Part shown: one piece after another, positions 16,396-25,493 of the stretch
Numbering within the stretch: the stretch's first letter is position 1
Layout: every line of letters begins with the position of its first letter
Assembly (NCBI GenBank): GCA_035604655.1
Contig: DATNHZ010000051.1
Coordinates: forward strand, 1-43,763
Length of the DNA: 43,763 bases
Direction of reading: 5' to 3'
Source of the DNA: Steroidobacteraceae bacterium
GTDB lineage: Bacteria > Pseudomonadota > Gammaproteobacteria > Steroidobacterales > Steroidobacteraceae
The notes under the pieces: model-generated
What the model saw: the letters and a program-made list of their open reading frames with translations, nothing else
What the model was told of the DNA's origin: nothing
Database searches by the model: none
Made by a program: the position numbers and the translations under genes

Positions 16396-17631
16396 ATGAC
16401 CACCACGACTCAGGGCTCGACGCCCATCCTGCTCGCTTTTTCCGGCGGCCTCGACACCTCGTTCTGCGTGCCGTGGCTGAAGGAGACGTACGGACGGCCA
16501 GTTGTCACGGTCACCATCGATACCGGAGGCATCGACCGCGCGGCCGCGCAGACGCTCGCGGACCGCGCGCGGGCGCTCGGCGCCAGTGCCCATCACCTCG
16601 TGCCCGCCAAGGCCGACTACTTCGAGCGCGTGCTCAAGTACCTGCTGATCGGCAACGCGCGCCGCGGCCAGCTGTACCCGTTCTGCGTCGGCGCCGAGCG
16701 CGTCGTGCAGGCGCAGACGATCGCGGCGATGGCCCACACGCTCGGCGCCACAGCCGTGGCGCACGGCTGCACGGCAGCCGGCAATGACCAGGTACGGTTC
16801 GAGGTCGCGCTGCGCACTCTGGCACCTTCGCTCGAGATCCTGGCGCCGGTGCGCGATCACGCTTTCAAGCGCCCCGACCAGCTCAGGTACCTCGAGGAGC
16901 GCAAGCTGCCGGTACCACCCTTCGGGGCCGCCTATTCGGTTAACCGCGGGCTGTGGGGTGTCACGATTGGCGGCAAGGAGACGCTGACTTCGGCCCACAG
17001 CATCCCGGAGTCGGCGTGGGTGCTGACGCGCGACGCGTTCACGACGCCGCGCGCGCCCGAGCGTCACTCGATCGGCTTCGAGCGGGGCGTCCCGGCAGCG
17101 CTCGACGGCGCAGGACTCGAGCCGGTCGCGCTGATCGAAAGGCTCGAGGAGCTGTCAGCGCCGTTCGGGGTCGGCCGCGGCATTCATCTCGGCGACACGG
17201 TGATCGGCACCAAGGGCCGCGTGGCGTTCGAAGCTCCGGCCGCCGAAGTACTGCTGACCGCACACCGCGAGCTCGAGAAGCTGGTGCTGACCGCCCGGCA
17301 GGTGCGGATCAAGGAACTCGTGACCGCGCCTTACGGCGACCTCGTGCACGAGGGCCAGCACCTCGATCCGGTGTGCCGCGACATCGAGGCCCTGTTGCGC
17401 TCTTCCCAGGAACGCGTGACGGGCGAGGTTACCGTGCTGCTGCGTCCCGGCAGCGTGTTCGTCGAGGGCGTCACTTCGCCGTTCTCGCTGCTGGCCGCAT
17501 CCAAGGGCGTGTACGGCGAGGCCGCCGGTGAATGGACGCCGACCGACGCGCTCGGTTTCTCGAAGATGCTGGCGCTGCCCGGCGTGTTCTACACCCGCGC
17601 GGGCAAGAACCTCACGGATCAGCGGCCGTGA
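16396..17631 (+). CDS. argG: Argininosuccinate synthase
   Basis: N-type ATP-PPase motif AFSGGLDTS, then AHGCTAAGNDQVRFE, and full-length collinearity with ArgG. Confidence 0.95.
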   Translation: MTTTTQGSTPILLAFSGGLDTSFCVPWLKETYGRPVVTVTIDTGGIDRAAAQTLADRARALGASAHHLVPAKADYFERVLKYLLIGNARRGQLYPFCVGAERVVQAQTIAAMAHTLGATAVAHGCTAAGNDQVRFEVALRTLAPSLEILAPVRDHAFKRPDQLRYLEERKLPVPPFGAAYSVNRGLWGVTIGGKETLTSAHSIPESAWVLTRDAFTTPRAPERHSIGFERGVPAALDGAGLEPVALIERLEELSAPFGVGRGIHLGDTVIGTKGRVAFEAPAAEVLLTAHRELEKLVLTARQVRIKELVTAPYGDLVHEGQHLDPVCRDIEALLRSSQERVTGEVTVLLRPGSVFVEGVTSPFSLLAASKGVYGEAAGEWTPTDALGFSKMLALPGVFYTRAGKNLTDQRP

Positions 17632-18707
17632 AATCGGTAGTCGTCGACAAGATCGCCTCGGTCACCCAGGCCTGCGGGCTCGGCCACGAGCTCAGGATCT
17701 CCGAGGACATCCCCTGCGAGGAAGGGGTCGTGCTGGTGGTGGAGGTACTCAGCAACAAGAGCACCTACAACACGCTCGAACTCACGAGCGGACGGATGGC
17801 GAAGGTCGCGAAGGGCGACATCATTGCCGGCGCGCTCGGCCACCGCAAGGCGCTGTTCGGCTATTCCGGGCACGTCCCGCAGTCGGTTCGGCCAGGCGAT
17901 GTCATCCAGCTGCTGAACATGGGTGGCGTGCTCGGGATCTGCGACTCCGTCAACGCCGACAAGGGCCGGCCCTTCGACTGCCGCGTGCTCGGCGTCGTGC
18001 TGCAGTTTCCGTACCTCGGCGAGCGCATCGGCGTCCCGGCCCGGATCGGCTACAAGCCGCTCGACTTCGATGCGCCGCTCGACACGCACGAGGTCCCCGT
18101 GATCGCGCTCGCCGGTACCTGCATGGAGGCCGGCAAGACCGCCGCCGCCTGCGCGATCATCGCGCGCATGCGCCACCGCGGACTCGCCGTGCATGCCTTC
18201 AAGGCCACCGGCGTGTCGCTGCGACGGGACATCCTGGCGATGGAGGATGCCGGCGCACGCAAGAGCATGATCTTCACCGACTTCGGCGTCGGCACGACGA
18301 CGGCGGCGGTCGGCCCCGCACTCACGCGCACGATGCTGACCGAGATGGCGCAGGGCACGCCCGATGTCATCGTGTTCGAGCTCGGCGACGGCCTGCTCGG
18401 CACCTACGGTGTCGAAGCGATCCTCGCATCGCCCGACATTCGCAAGGCGATTACCGGGCTCGTACTGTCGGCCAACGATCCAGTCGCGGCCTGGGGCGGC
18501 GTCAAGCTGCTGCGCGAGAGATTCGGCATCGAACCGACGGTCGTCACCGGCCCGGCGACGGACAATCAGGTCGGCGTCGACATCATCGCCCAGCAGCTCG
18601 GCGTATCGGCGTTCAACGCCATCACCAGCGGCGCGGGGCTCGGCGACCGGGTCATCGAGGCGGCCGGCCTCGCCGATCGCTTCCCGATCAAGCCGACGAC
18701 CGAATGA
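17628..18707 (+). CDS. Uncharacterised P-loop-like protein embedded in the arg operon (function unknown; candidate for a missing arginine-pathway step)
   Basis: GTG start overlaps the argG stop (GTGA, 17628-17631) and the stop overlaps the argC start (ATGA, 18704-18707). 359 aa with a beta-rich N-terminal ~150 aa (EGVVLVVEVLSNKSTYNTLELTSGRMAKVAKGDIIAGALGHRKALFGYSGHVP). GTCMEAGKT at nt 18114-18140 is followed by ...HRGLAVHAFKATG, resembling dethiobiotin-synthetase/CobQ/Pta-N/DUF1611-type P-loops. I recognise no GNAT, ArgJ or M20 motifs. Confidence 0.8.
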   Translation: MKSVVVDKIASVTQACGLGHELRISEDIPCEEGVVLVVEVLSNKSTYNTLELTSGRMAKVAKGDIIAGALGHRKALFGYSGHVPQSVRPGDVIQLLNMGGVLGICDSVNADKGRPFDCRVLGVVLQFPYLGERIGVPARIGYKPLDFDAPLDTHEVPVIALAGTCMEAGKTAAACAIIARMRHRGLAVHAFKATGVSLRRDILAMEDAGARKSMIFTDFGVGTTTAAVGPALTRTMLTEMAQGTPDVIVFELGDGLLGTYGVEAILASPDIRKAITGLVLSANDPVAAWGGVKLLRERFGIEPTVVTGPATDNQVGVDIIAQQLGVSAFNAITSGAGLGDRVIEAAGLADRFPIKPTTE

Positions 18708-19771
18708 GCGCCGTGGACCGCATTCCGACCCTGGTACTCGGCGGCACCGGCTATGTGGCGGGCGAGCTGCTGCGACTGCTGGCGCTGCATCCGCACCTCG
18801 AGCTGCGCGCCGCGGTGTCCGACTCCAAGCCCGGCGTGCGGCTGGCCGCGGCGTTCCCGCACCTCGCACCGGTGTATCCGGAAACGACGTTCGTCGGAGC
18901 CGTGGAGGCGGAGGAGCTGATCGCGCGGTTGCCGGTGAGCGCCGTGCTCGCGGCGGCGCCACACGGCGTGTCGGCGGGCCTGATCGACCGCCTGCTCGCG
19001 AGTGCCGCGGCCGCGGGCACTCGGCCACGTGTGGTCGACATCTCCGCCGACTATCGGTTCGCCGATGCCGCGGCTTACGCCGCGGTCTACGGCCATCCGC
19101 ACGGCGCGCCGGCACGTCTTCGCGATTTCACCTGCGCCGTGCCCGAGCACCTCGCAACGCTCGCGACGCCGCACGTCGCCCATCCCGGCTGCTTCGCAAC
19201 CGCGATGCTGCTCGCAGTCGTGCCGCTGCTCAAGCTCGGCCTCATCGAGCCCGTCTTCTATGTTGCCGGCGTCACCGGCAGCAGCGGCTCCGGCCGCATG
19301 CCGGTCGACGGCACCCACCATCCGCAGCGCCACAGCGACCTGTACTCCTACAGCGCGCTGACGCACCGCCACGCACCCGAAGTCGTGGCAATCGCGCGCT
19401 CGATCACCGGGCGGGAGGCCGAGCTTCACTTCGTGCCACATTCCGGACCCTTCGCCCGCGGCATTCATGCGACCACCCAGGCCCGGCTGATTGCACCGAT
19501 GACGTCCGGGGAGCTCCACGCCGCGCTCGCCGCGTTCTATTCCGGACAGCAGTTCGTCCGCGTCCTCGGCCAGGCGCCACGCCTCAAGGATGTCGTCGCC
19601 AGCAACTACGCGCAGCTATCGGTGAGCACGAGCGGCCGGACGGTCGCCGTCATGAGCGTACTCGACAACCTGACCAAAGGCGCCGCTGGCGGCGCCGTCC
19701 AGTGGATGAACCGCCTGTACGGCTGGCCCGAGGCGACCGGGCTCGCTGCGCCGGCGCCCGGCTGGACCTGA
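18704..19771 (+). CDS. argC: N-acetyl-gamma-glutamyl-phosphate reductase (or the corresponding N-acyl form)
   Basis: MSAVDRIPTLVLGGTGYVAGELLRLL Rossmann N-terminus, the active-site segment HPGCFATA, and a C-terminal DNLTKGAAGGAVQ. Confidence 0.9.
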   Translation: MSAVDRIPTLVLGGTGYVAGELLRLLALHPHLELRAAVSDSKPGVRLAAAFPHLAPVYPETTFVGAVEAEELIARLPVSAVLAAAPHGVSAGLIDRLLASAAAAGTRPRVVDISADYRFADAAAYAAVYGHPHGAPARLRDFTCAVPEHLATLATPHVAHPGCFATAMLLAVVPLLKLGLIEPVFYVAGVTGSSGSGRMPVDGTHHPQRHSDLYSYSALTHRHAPEVVAIARSITGREAELHFVPHSGPFARGIHATTQARLIAPMTSGELHAALAAFYSGQQFVRVLGQAPRLKDVVASNYAQLSVSTSGRTVAVMSVLDNLTKGAAGGAVQWMNRLYGWPEATGLAAPAPGWT

Positions 19772-19799
19772 AACGCACCGAGGCCTGACGAGCGTCCCA

Positions 19800-20981
19800 A
19801 TGCCGCATGCAACTGCCAAGGCTCCACCCGCCGCAGCCGCTCCGGCCGCTGGCCATCTGGCGCACGTCTTCGCCCAGTACCCACTCGAGGTTGTGCACGC
19901 CGAGGGCGTGTGGCTGCACACGCGCGACGGGCATCGCGTGCTCGACTGCTACGGTGGCCACGCGGTTGCGGCGCTCGGGTATGGGCATCCGCGCTGGATC
20001 GCGGCCCTCGAGCGCCAGGCGCGCGAGGTGCTGTTCCAGACCAACGCCATCCCGATGGCGGTGAGGGAACGCGCCGCCGCCCGCCTCGTCCGCTTCGCTG
20101 GCCTCGGCCTGGATACGGTGTTCTTCGTCAACTCGGGCGCCGAGGCGAACGAGAACGCGCTGCGGCTCGGGTTCAAGCTGACGGGGCGGCGTGAGGCGGT
20201 GGCACTCGAGCACGGCTGGCACGGCCGCACCGCGGCCGCCGGCGCGGTCACCCACGGCGCGCGCGAGAAATGGTACGGCTTCCCGCAGGCGCCTTTCGAG
20301 GTGAAGTGGGCGTCCCGCACCGACCCCGCGGCAGCGGCTGCGCAGATCGGTGCGGCGACCGCGTGCGTGATCGTCGAGCCCGTCCAAGGCCTCGCGGGCG
20401 CGTTCGACGTGCCAGCCGAGGTGCTTGGCGCACTGCGCCGCCGCTGCACGGAAGTGGGCGCGCTGCTAATTTTCGACGAGGTGCAGTGTGGCATGGGCCG
20501 CACCGGCTGGCCGTTCGGCGCGAACCGCGCGGACGTCACGCCCGACATCCTGACGACGGCCAAGGCACTCGGCGCCGGCTTTCCGGTCTCGGCGATGCTG
20601 CTCGCGCCGACCGTCGCCGCGCAATTGCGGATCGAGGACATGGGCACGACCTTCGGCGGCGCCCCGCTCGCGTGCGCCGTCGTCGAGACCGTCATCGACA
20701 TCATCGAGTCGGAGGGGCTGCTGGAGAACGTGCGCCTCATGTCGGACCTGATCCGCGCGACGTGCGTCGTCGGGCCGGTCACCTCCATCCAGGGCGCGGG
20801 CCTGCTGCTCGGACTCAGGACCAGCCGGCCAGCGAAGGACGTGCAGCGCGAGCTGCTCGCGCGCGATATCTTTGCGGGCACGGCCGCCGATCCCCATATC
20901 GTGCGCCTGCTGCCGCCGTTCACGCTCGCCGAACCGCACGTGGCCGCGCTCGCCGCGGCCCTCCGGAGCCTGCCGGCGTGA
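19800..20981 (+). CDS. argD: Class III aminotransferase, acetylornithine/succinylornithine aminotransferase type
   Basis: GGHAVAALGYGHP, FFVNSGAEANE, LIFDEVQCGMGRTG and TTAKALGAGFP (PLP lysine context). Confidence 0.85.
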   Translation: MPHATAKAPPAAAAPAAGHLAHVFAQYPLEVVHAEGVWLHTRDGHRVLDCYGGHAVAALGYGHPRWIAALERQAREVLFQTNAIPMAVRERAAARLVRFAGLGLDTVFFVNSGAEANENALRLGFKLTGRREAVALEHGWHGRTAAAGAVTHGAREKWYGFPQAPFEVKWASRTDPAAAAAQIGAATACVIVEPVQGLAGAFDVPAEVLGALRRRCTEVGALLIFDEVQCGMGRTGWPFGANRADVTPDILTTAKALGAGFPVSAMLLAPTVAAQLRIEDMGTTFGGAPLACAVVETVIDIIESEGLLENVRLMSDLIRATCVVGPVTSIQGAGLLLGLRTSRPAKDVQRELLARDIFAGTAADPHIVRLLPPFTLAEPHVAALAAALRSLPA

Positions 20982-21979
20982 GCACGCGCCCGGAACGCTT
21001 CGTCGACCTCGCCGACTTCGGTCGCGACGGCGTGCTGGAGCTGCTGGCGCTCGCCGAACGGCTGCAGCGCCAGCCCGAGCCGCGCGCGCTCGACGGTCGC
21101 ATCGTGGGTCTCGTGTTTCTGAATCCATCGCTGCGCACGCTGGCCTCTTTCCAGGCGGCGGTGGCGCGGCTAGGCGGTGCCTCGTTCGTGATCACGCCGG
21201 GTCAGGGCAGCTGGGCACTCGAGACGCGCGTCGGGATTCCGATGAATGGCGCAGCCGCCGAACACATCCGCGAGGGCCTGCCGACGCTCGCCTCGTACTG
21301 CGATGCACTCGGCATTCGCGCCTTCGCCGAAGGCCGCGACCTCGCGGTCGACCTCGCCGACGAGCGCTTCACGGCGATGGCGGCGCTCGTGAACAAGCCG
21401 GTGATCAACATGGAGTCGGCGATCAACCATCCGTGCCAGGCGCTCGCGGACTGGAAGACGCTCGACGACTGCCAGGTGCCGGAGCGCTCGAAGTTTGTGC
21501 TGTCGTGGGTCAACCACCCGCGGGCGCTGCCACTCGCCGTGCCGGCCGCGACGGTGCACATGGCGGCGCTGCGCGGCCACGAGGTCGTGGTGCTGCGGCC
21601 CGAGGGCTACGCACTGCCGCCCGCGGTGATGGCCAAGGCCCGCGCCGCCGCCGCTGGCGGCTCGGTGACGGAGACCGACGACCCCAAGAGCGCGCTGCGG
21701 GGTGCACACGTCGTCTATGCGAAGGAGTGGGGTTCGACTGCTCATTATGGCGATGCCGCCAGGGACGCGGATCTGCGCGGCCGGCTCGATGGCTGGCAGG
21801 TGCGCGATTCGTGGTTCGCGGATGCCGCCGCGGACTGCCGGTTGATGCACTGTCTGCCGGTGCGGCGCAATGTCGCCGTCGCCGACGAGGTGCTGGACGG
21901 CGCTCGCAGCGTCGTGCTCCGCGAGGCACACAATCGTCTGGTGGTGCAGATGGCGGTGCTGCACCGCCTGCTCGCCTGA
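20978..21979 (+). CDS. argF': N-acyl-L-ornithine carbamoyltransferase (ArgF' family: AOTCase/SOTCase)
   Basis: GTG start overlaps the argD stop (GTGA). FLNPSLRT carbamoyl-phosphate motif, INMES..HPCQ, HCLPVRRNV, and overall collinearity with X. campestris AOTCase (from memory) rather than classical OTCase. Confidence 0.85.
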   Translation: MSTRPERFVDLADFGRDGVLELLALAERLQRQPEPRALDGRIVGLVFLNPSLRTLASFQAAVARLGGASFVITPGQGSWALETRVGIPMNGAAAEHIREGLPTLASYCDALGIRAFAEGRDLAVDLADERFTAMAALVNKPVINMESAINHPCQALADWKTLDDCQVPERSKFVLSWVNHPRALPLAVPAATVHMAALRGHEVVVLRPEGYALPPAVMAKARAAAAGGSVTETDDPKSALRGAHVVYAKEWGSTAHYGDAARDADLRGRLDGWQVRDSWFADAAADCRLMHCLPVRRNVAVADEVLDGARSVVLREAHNRLVVQMAVLHRLLA

Positions 21980-22045
21980 ACGGATCCGCGGCACCGCGCT
22001 CCACTGACTCCGACCGATCTCATCCGCCCGCTTCAGAGGATTCCC

Positions 22046-22984
22046 ATGAGCTACCGCCCCGAACAAGCCGTTGCGATTCGCGCGATGCGCAACGCCGCAC
22101 CTTACATCCGCATGTACAAGGGCAAGGTGTTCATCGTTAAGGTCGGCGGAGCCCTGTTCGGCAATCCGGCTGCGACGCGCTCGCTGATGGAGCAGGTGGC
22201 CATCCTCCACCAGGTCGGCATCCGCGTCGTGCTGGTCCACGGCGGCGGCCCGCAGCTCGACGAGATGCAGCGCTCGCTCGGACTCGAGCCGAAGATGGTC
22301 GACGGGCGGCGAGTAACTGACGACAGGACCATCGACATCACCATCATGGTGCTCAACGGACTGCTGAACACGCGGCTGCTCGGCAATTGCCGGCAACTCG
22401 GCATCAAGGCCGTGGGTTTGTCCGGCATCGACGGCGGCCTGGTGCGCGCGCACCGGCGCCCGCCGGTGCGCGCGGCCGACGGCAGCCTCGTCGACTACGG
22501 CCAGGTCGGCGACATCGAGGGCATCGATCCGGACGTGCTGCAGAGACTGCTCGACGATGGCTACATGCCGGTCGTCAGCCCGCTGTGCTGCGACGCGCAG
22601 GGTACCGTGCTCAACATCAACGCCGACACGGTGGCGGCGAACATCGGTGCCGCGCTCGGTGCCGAAAAGCTGCTGCTGTGCACCGGCGCGGCCGGCATCT
22701 TCGAGGAACTCGACGATCCGTCGACGCTGGTGTCGTACACGGACCTCGCCGGGCTCAAGCGGCTGGAGGCAGGCGGCAGCTTTGCGGACGGCATGATGCC
22801 CAAGGCCGACGCGATCGAGGCCGCGATCCGCGGCGGCGTGCGCCGCGTGCACGTGATCTCTTTCAAGTCGACCGATGCACTGCTCGCCGAGGTGTTCACC
22901 AACGAGGGACTCGGCACGCTGATCGTCGCCGACATCAAGGCGCTGTCGGCCGCTGAGCAGCAGCCGGGGGCCGTCGGGCCATGA
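22046..22984 (+). CDS. argB: Acetylglutamate kinase (kinase domain only, no fused GNAT domain)
   Basis: YIRMYKGKVFIVKVGGALF, VLVHGGGPQ and NINADTVAA motifs. At 312 aa it is not the bifunctional ArgA/B type. Confidence 0.9.
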   Translation: MSYRPEQAVAIRAMRNAAPYIRMYKGKVFIVKVGGALFGNPAATRSLMEQVAILHQVGIRVVLVHGGGPQLDEMQRSLGLEPKMVDGRRVTDDRTIDITIMVLNGLLNTRLLGNCRQLGIKAVGLSGIDGGLVRAHRRPPVRAADGSLVDYGQVGDIEGIDPDVLQRLLDDGYMPVVSPLCCDAQGTVLNINADTVAANIGAALGAEKLLLCTGAAGIFEELDDPSTLVSYTDLAGLKRLEAGGSFADGMMPKADAIEAAIRGGVRRVHVISFKSTDALLAEVFTNEGLGTLIVADIKALSAAEQQPGAVGP

Positions 22985-24168
22985 CGCGCCTGTGGGACCG
23001 GGGCGCGCCGCTCGATGCCCGCGTGCTTGCCTATACGGCCGGCGAGGATCATGCGCTCGACGATCGGCTGGTCGCCTATGACGTCACGGCCTCGATCGCC
23101 CACGCCGAAGGGCTGCACGCGGCCGGGCTGCTGGCTGCGACCGACCTCGCCGCGCTCGTCGCGGCGCTGACCGAGATCGGCGCGGACCATGCCCGCGGCG
23201 GGTGGCGCGTTACGCTCGCCGAGGAGGACGGCCAGACCGCCCTCGAGTCCCGGCTGACCGCGCGCCTCGGCGCCGTCGGCGGCCGCATTCACCTGGGTCG
23301 TTCGCGCAACGACCAGGTGCTCGCCGCACTGCGGCTGTACCTTCGCGATGCGGTCGAGATGCTGCGGTCGGGCGCCGACGCGGTCGCTGCCGCACTCGAT
23401 GCACTGGGCGCGCGGCATCGCGGCATCGTGCTCCCCGGCTATACGCACATGCAGCAGGCGATGCCGAGCAGCGTCGAACTGTGGGCGGCAGGCTTTGCAG
23501 CCGAGCTGCACGACGACGCCGAGGGCTTGCGTCTCGCCCACCGACGCATCGGCAAGAATCCGCTCGGCTCGGCTGCCGGGTACGGCACTCCGGGCCTGCC
23601 GATCGACCGCGACGAGACGATGCGCCGGCTCGGCTTCGCGGCCAACCACGAGCCCGTCACGGCGGTGCAGCTGTCGCGGGGCAAGGCCGAAGCGACTGTG
23701 CTGTTCGAGATCGCGCTGCTGATGACTGACCTCGGGCGACTGGCGTGTGATCTGCTGCTGTTCTACACGCACGAGTTCGCGTACGTGATGCTGCCCGAGG
23801 CCTTCACTACCGGGTCGTCGATCATGCCGCAGAAGCGCAACCCCGACGTGTTCGAGCTGATCCGCGGCCGCTCGGCGACCGCGCAGGGCTGTCTGACCGA
23901 GGCACTCGGCATCATCGGCAAGCTGCCGAGCGGCTACCATCGCGACCTGCAGCTCTTGAAGCTGCCGCTGTTTCGCGGCATCGACCTCGCCGCCCAGACA
24001 CTCGACATCCTGCCGGCGGCACTCGAGGGTGTCCGCTTCCGTCCCGAGAACATCCGTCTCGATCCGGCAATTTATGCAGCGGAGCGCGCCAACCGGCTGG
24101 TCGTCGCCGAAGGGATACCGTTTCGCGAGGCGTACCGGCGCGTGGCGGCGGAGCTCGCGAACAAATAG
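22981..24168 (+). CDS. argH: Argininosuccinate lyase (short form)
   Basis: ATGA overlap with argB. GRSRNDQV, GYTHMQQAMP and the fumarate-lyase signature GSSIMPQKRNPD. Confidence 0.95.
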   Translation: MTRLWDRGAPLDARVLAYTAGEDHALDDRLVAYDVTASIAHAEGLHAAGLLAATDLAALVAALTEIGADHARGGWRVTLAEEDGQTALESRLTARLGAVGGRIHLGRSRNDQVLAALRLYLRDAVEMLRSGADAVAAALDALGARHRGIVLPGYTHMQQAMPSSVELWAAGFAAELHDDAEGLRLAHRRIGKNPLGSAAGYGTPGLPIDRDETMRRLGFAANHEPVTAVQLSRGKAEATVLFEIALLMTDLGRLACDLLLFYTHEFAYVMLPEAFTTGSSIMPQKRNPDVFELIRGRSATAQGCLTEALGIIGKLPSGYHRDLQLLKLPLFRGIDLAAQTLDILPAALEGVRFRPENIRLDPAIYAAERANRLVVAEGIPFREAYRRVAAELANK

Positions 24169-24176
24169 CGTGCGGT

Positions 24177-24461
24177 TTACTCGGCGAGACCGAGGGCGAA
24201 CCCGGCCTCGATCTCCGAATTACGGTAGACGCGAAACGAGATCAACGTCTCCGATTCGACGATGCCAGGCACCTGGTGCATGCGCTGGCTGACGATGTCT
24301 GCGAGATCCTCGTTGCGCGGCGCCCGGACGATCGCCACCAGGTCATAGCGCCCCGCGACCGAGTAGACCTCGGTGACCCCATCGAGCTCCGCGAGCGAGA
24401 CGGCCAGCTGGTTGATTTCCTGCGTCTTGGCCTTGATCAGCACGACGGCGGTCACGGACAT
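24177..24461 (-). CDS. Stand-alone Lrp/AsnC ligand-binding (RAM) domain protein, no DNA-binding domain
   Basis: 94 aa: VTAVVLIKAKTQEINQLAVSLAELDGVTEVYSVAGRYDLVAIVRAPRNEDLADIVSQRMHQVPGIVESETLISF, a typical AsnC_trans_reg fold pattern. Convergent with argH, with an 8-bp gap. Confidence 0.8.
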   Translation of the reverse strand: MSVTAVVLIKAKTQEINQLAVSLAELDGVTEVYSVAGRYDLVAIVRAPRNEDLADIVSQRMHQVPGIVESETLISFRVYRNSEIEAGFALGLAE

Positions 24462-24611
24462 GGTGCACCTCGGTACGTGAACTCAACTGACGGTCGCAAG
24501 CCCGGACCGCTCTTGCAACGGGCATCGCCCCCACCCGGCGCCGGGCGGGCCGTCGTGATCATAGCGAGTCGGCTCCCCGGGCGGCAGCTGCGGGCAGTCG
24601 GCACCGGTTGC

Positions 24612-25493
24612 TCATGCGCCGAGCAGCCGCGCGTGGAACCGCAGGTGATCGGCGATGAACGTGCTGATGAAGTAGTAGCCATGGTCGTAGCCCGGCTGCA
24701 TCCGCAGCTCGATTGCCTGCCCGGACCGGCGGCCGGCGTCGGTGAGGGAGCAAGGCTTCAGCTGCTCGTCGAGAAACTTGTCGGCCGTCCCCTGATCGAT
24801 CAGGATCGTGCCGCCACGCGCCCGGCGCGCGACGAGCACGCTCGCGTCGTAGTCGGCCCATCGATCCCGGTCGGAGCCGAGGTAGCCAGTGAATGCCTTC
24901 TCGCCCCACGGGCAGCTGATCGGCGCGGCGATCGGCGCGAAGGCTGACACGGAGCGGTAGCGGTCGGGATTCCTGAGTGCCGCGACGAGCGCGCCGTGGC
25001 CTCCCATCGAGTGCCCGAAGATGCCCTGGGCGTCGGCGCTGGCCGGAAAGTGCTTGACGATCACCGCCGGCAATTCGCGGGTCACGTAGCTGTACATCCG
25101 GTAGTGATCCGACCACGGGGCCGCGGTCGCATCGACATAGAAACCGGCGCCGAGGCCGAAGTCCCAGCTCGCGTCATCGCCCGGCAGCCGCGCCCCGCGC
25201 GGGCTCGTGTCCGGGGCGACCAGCATCAGGCCGAGCGTCGCCGCGAGGCGCTGCGCGCCGGCCTTCATCATGAACGTCTCTTCGGTGCAGGTCAGGCCGG
25301 CGAGGTAGTACAGCACCGGCACCGGCCCGGTCTTCGCCTGCGGTGGCGTGAACACCGCGAACCGCATCGGCGAGCGTGTCTCGGCCGACTCGTGCAGGTG
25401 GAAGCTGACGACCCCGCCGAAACACGCATGGCTGCTGAGCGTCGCCGGCGCCGCGGCCGCCGGCGCGAGCGCCGATGAGGCTGCCTCGCTCAA
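24612..25493 (-). CDS. fghA: S-formylglutathione hydrolase (esterase D)
   Basis: [25 protein letters not shown] and YDHGYYFI. The start is a TTG overlapping the gfa stop (TTGA), so it is somewhat uncertain. Confidence 0.9.
   Translation of the reverse strand: MSEAASSALAPAAAAPATLSSHACFGGVVSFHLHESAETRSPMRFAVFTPPQAKTGPVPVLYYLAGLTCTEETFMMKAGAQRLAATLGLMLVAPDTSPRGARLPGDDASWDFGLGAGFYVDATAAPWSDHYRMYSYVTRELPAVIVKHFPASADAQGIFGHSMGGHGALVAALRNPDRYRSVSAFAPIAAPISCPWGEKAFTGYLGSDRDRWADYDASVLVARRARGGTILIDQGTADKFLDEQLKPCSLTDAGRRSGQAIELRMQPGYDHGYYFISTFIADHLRFHARLLGA

Noticed and set aside
21170-22852. 560-aa minus-strand ORF, plus similar long antisense ORFs at 17619..19115, 22561..23940, 19949..20923 and 15778..17067
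   Set aside because: All lie antisense to arg operon genes with unambiguous enzyme motifs. Their translations are Arg/Ala/Gly-rich without motifs.
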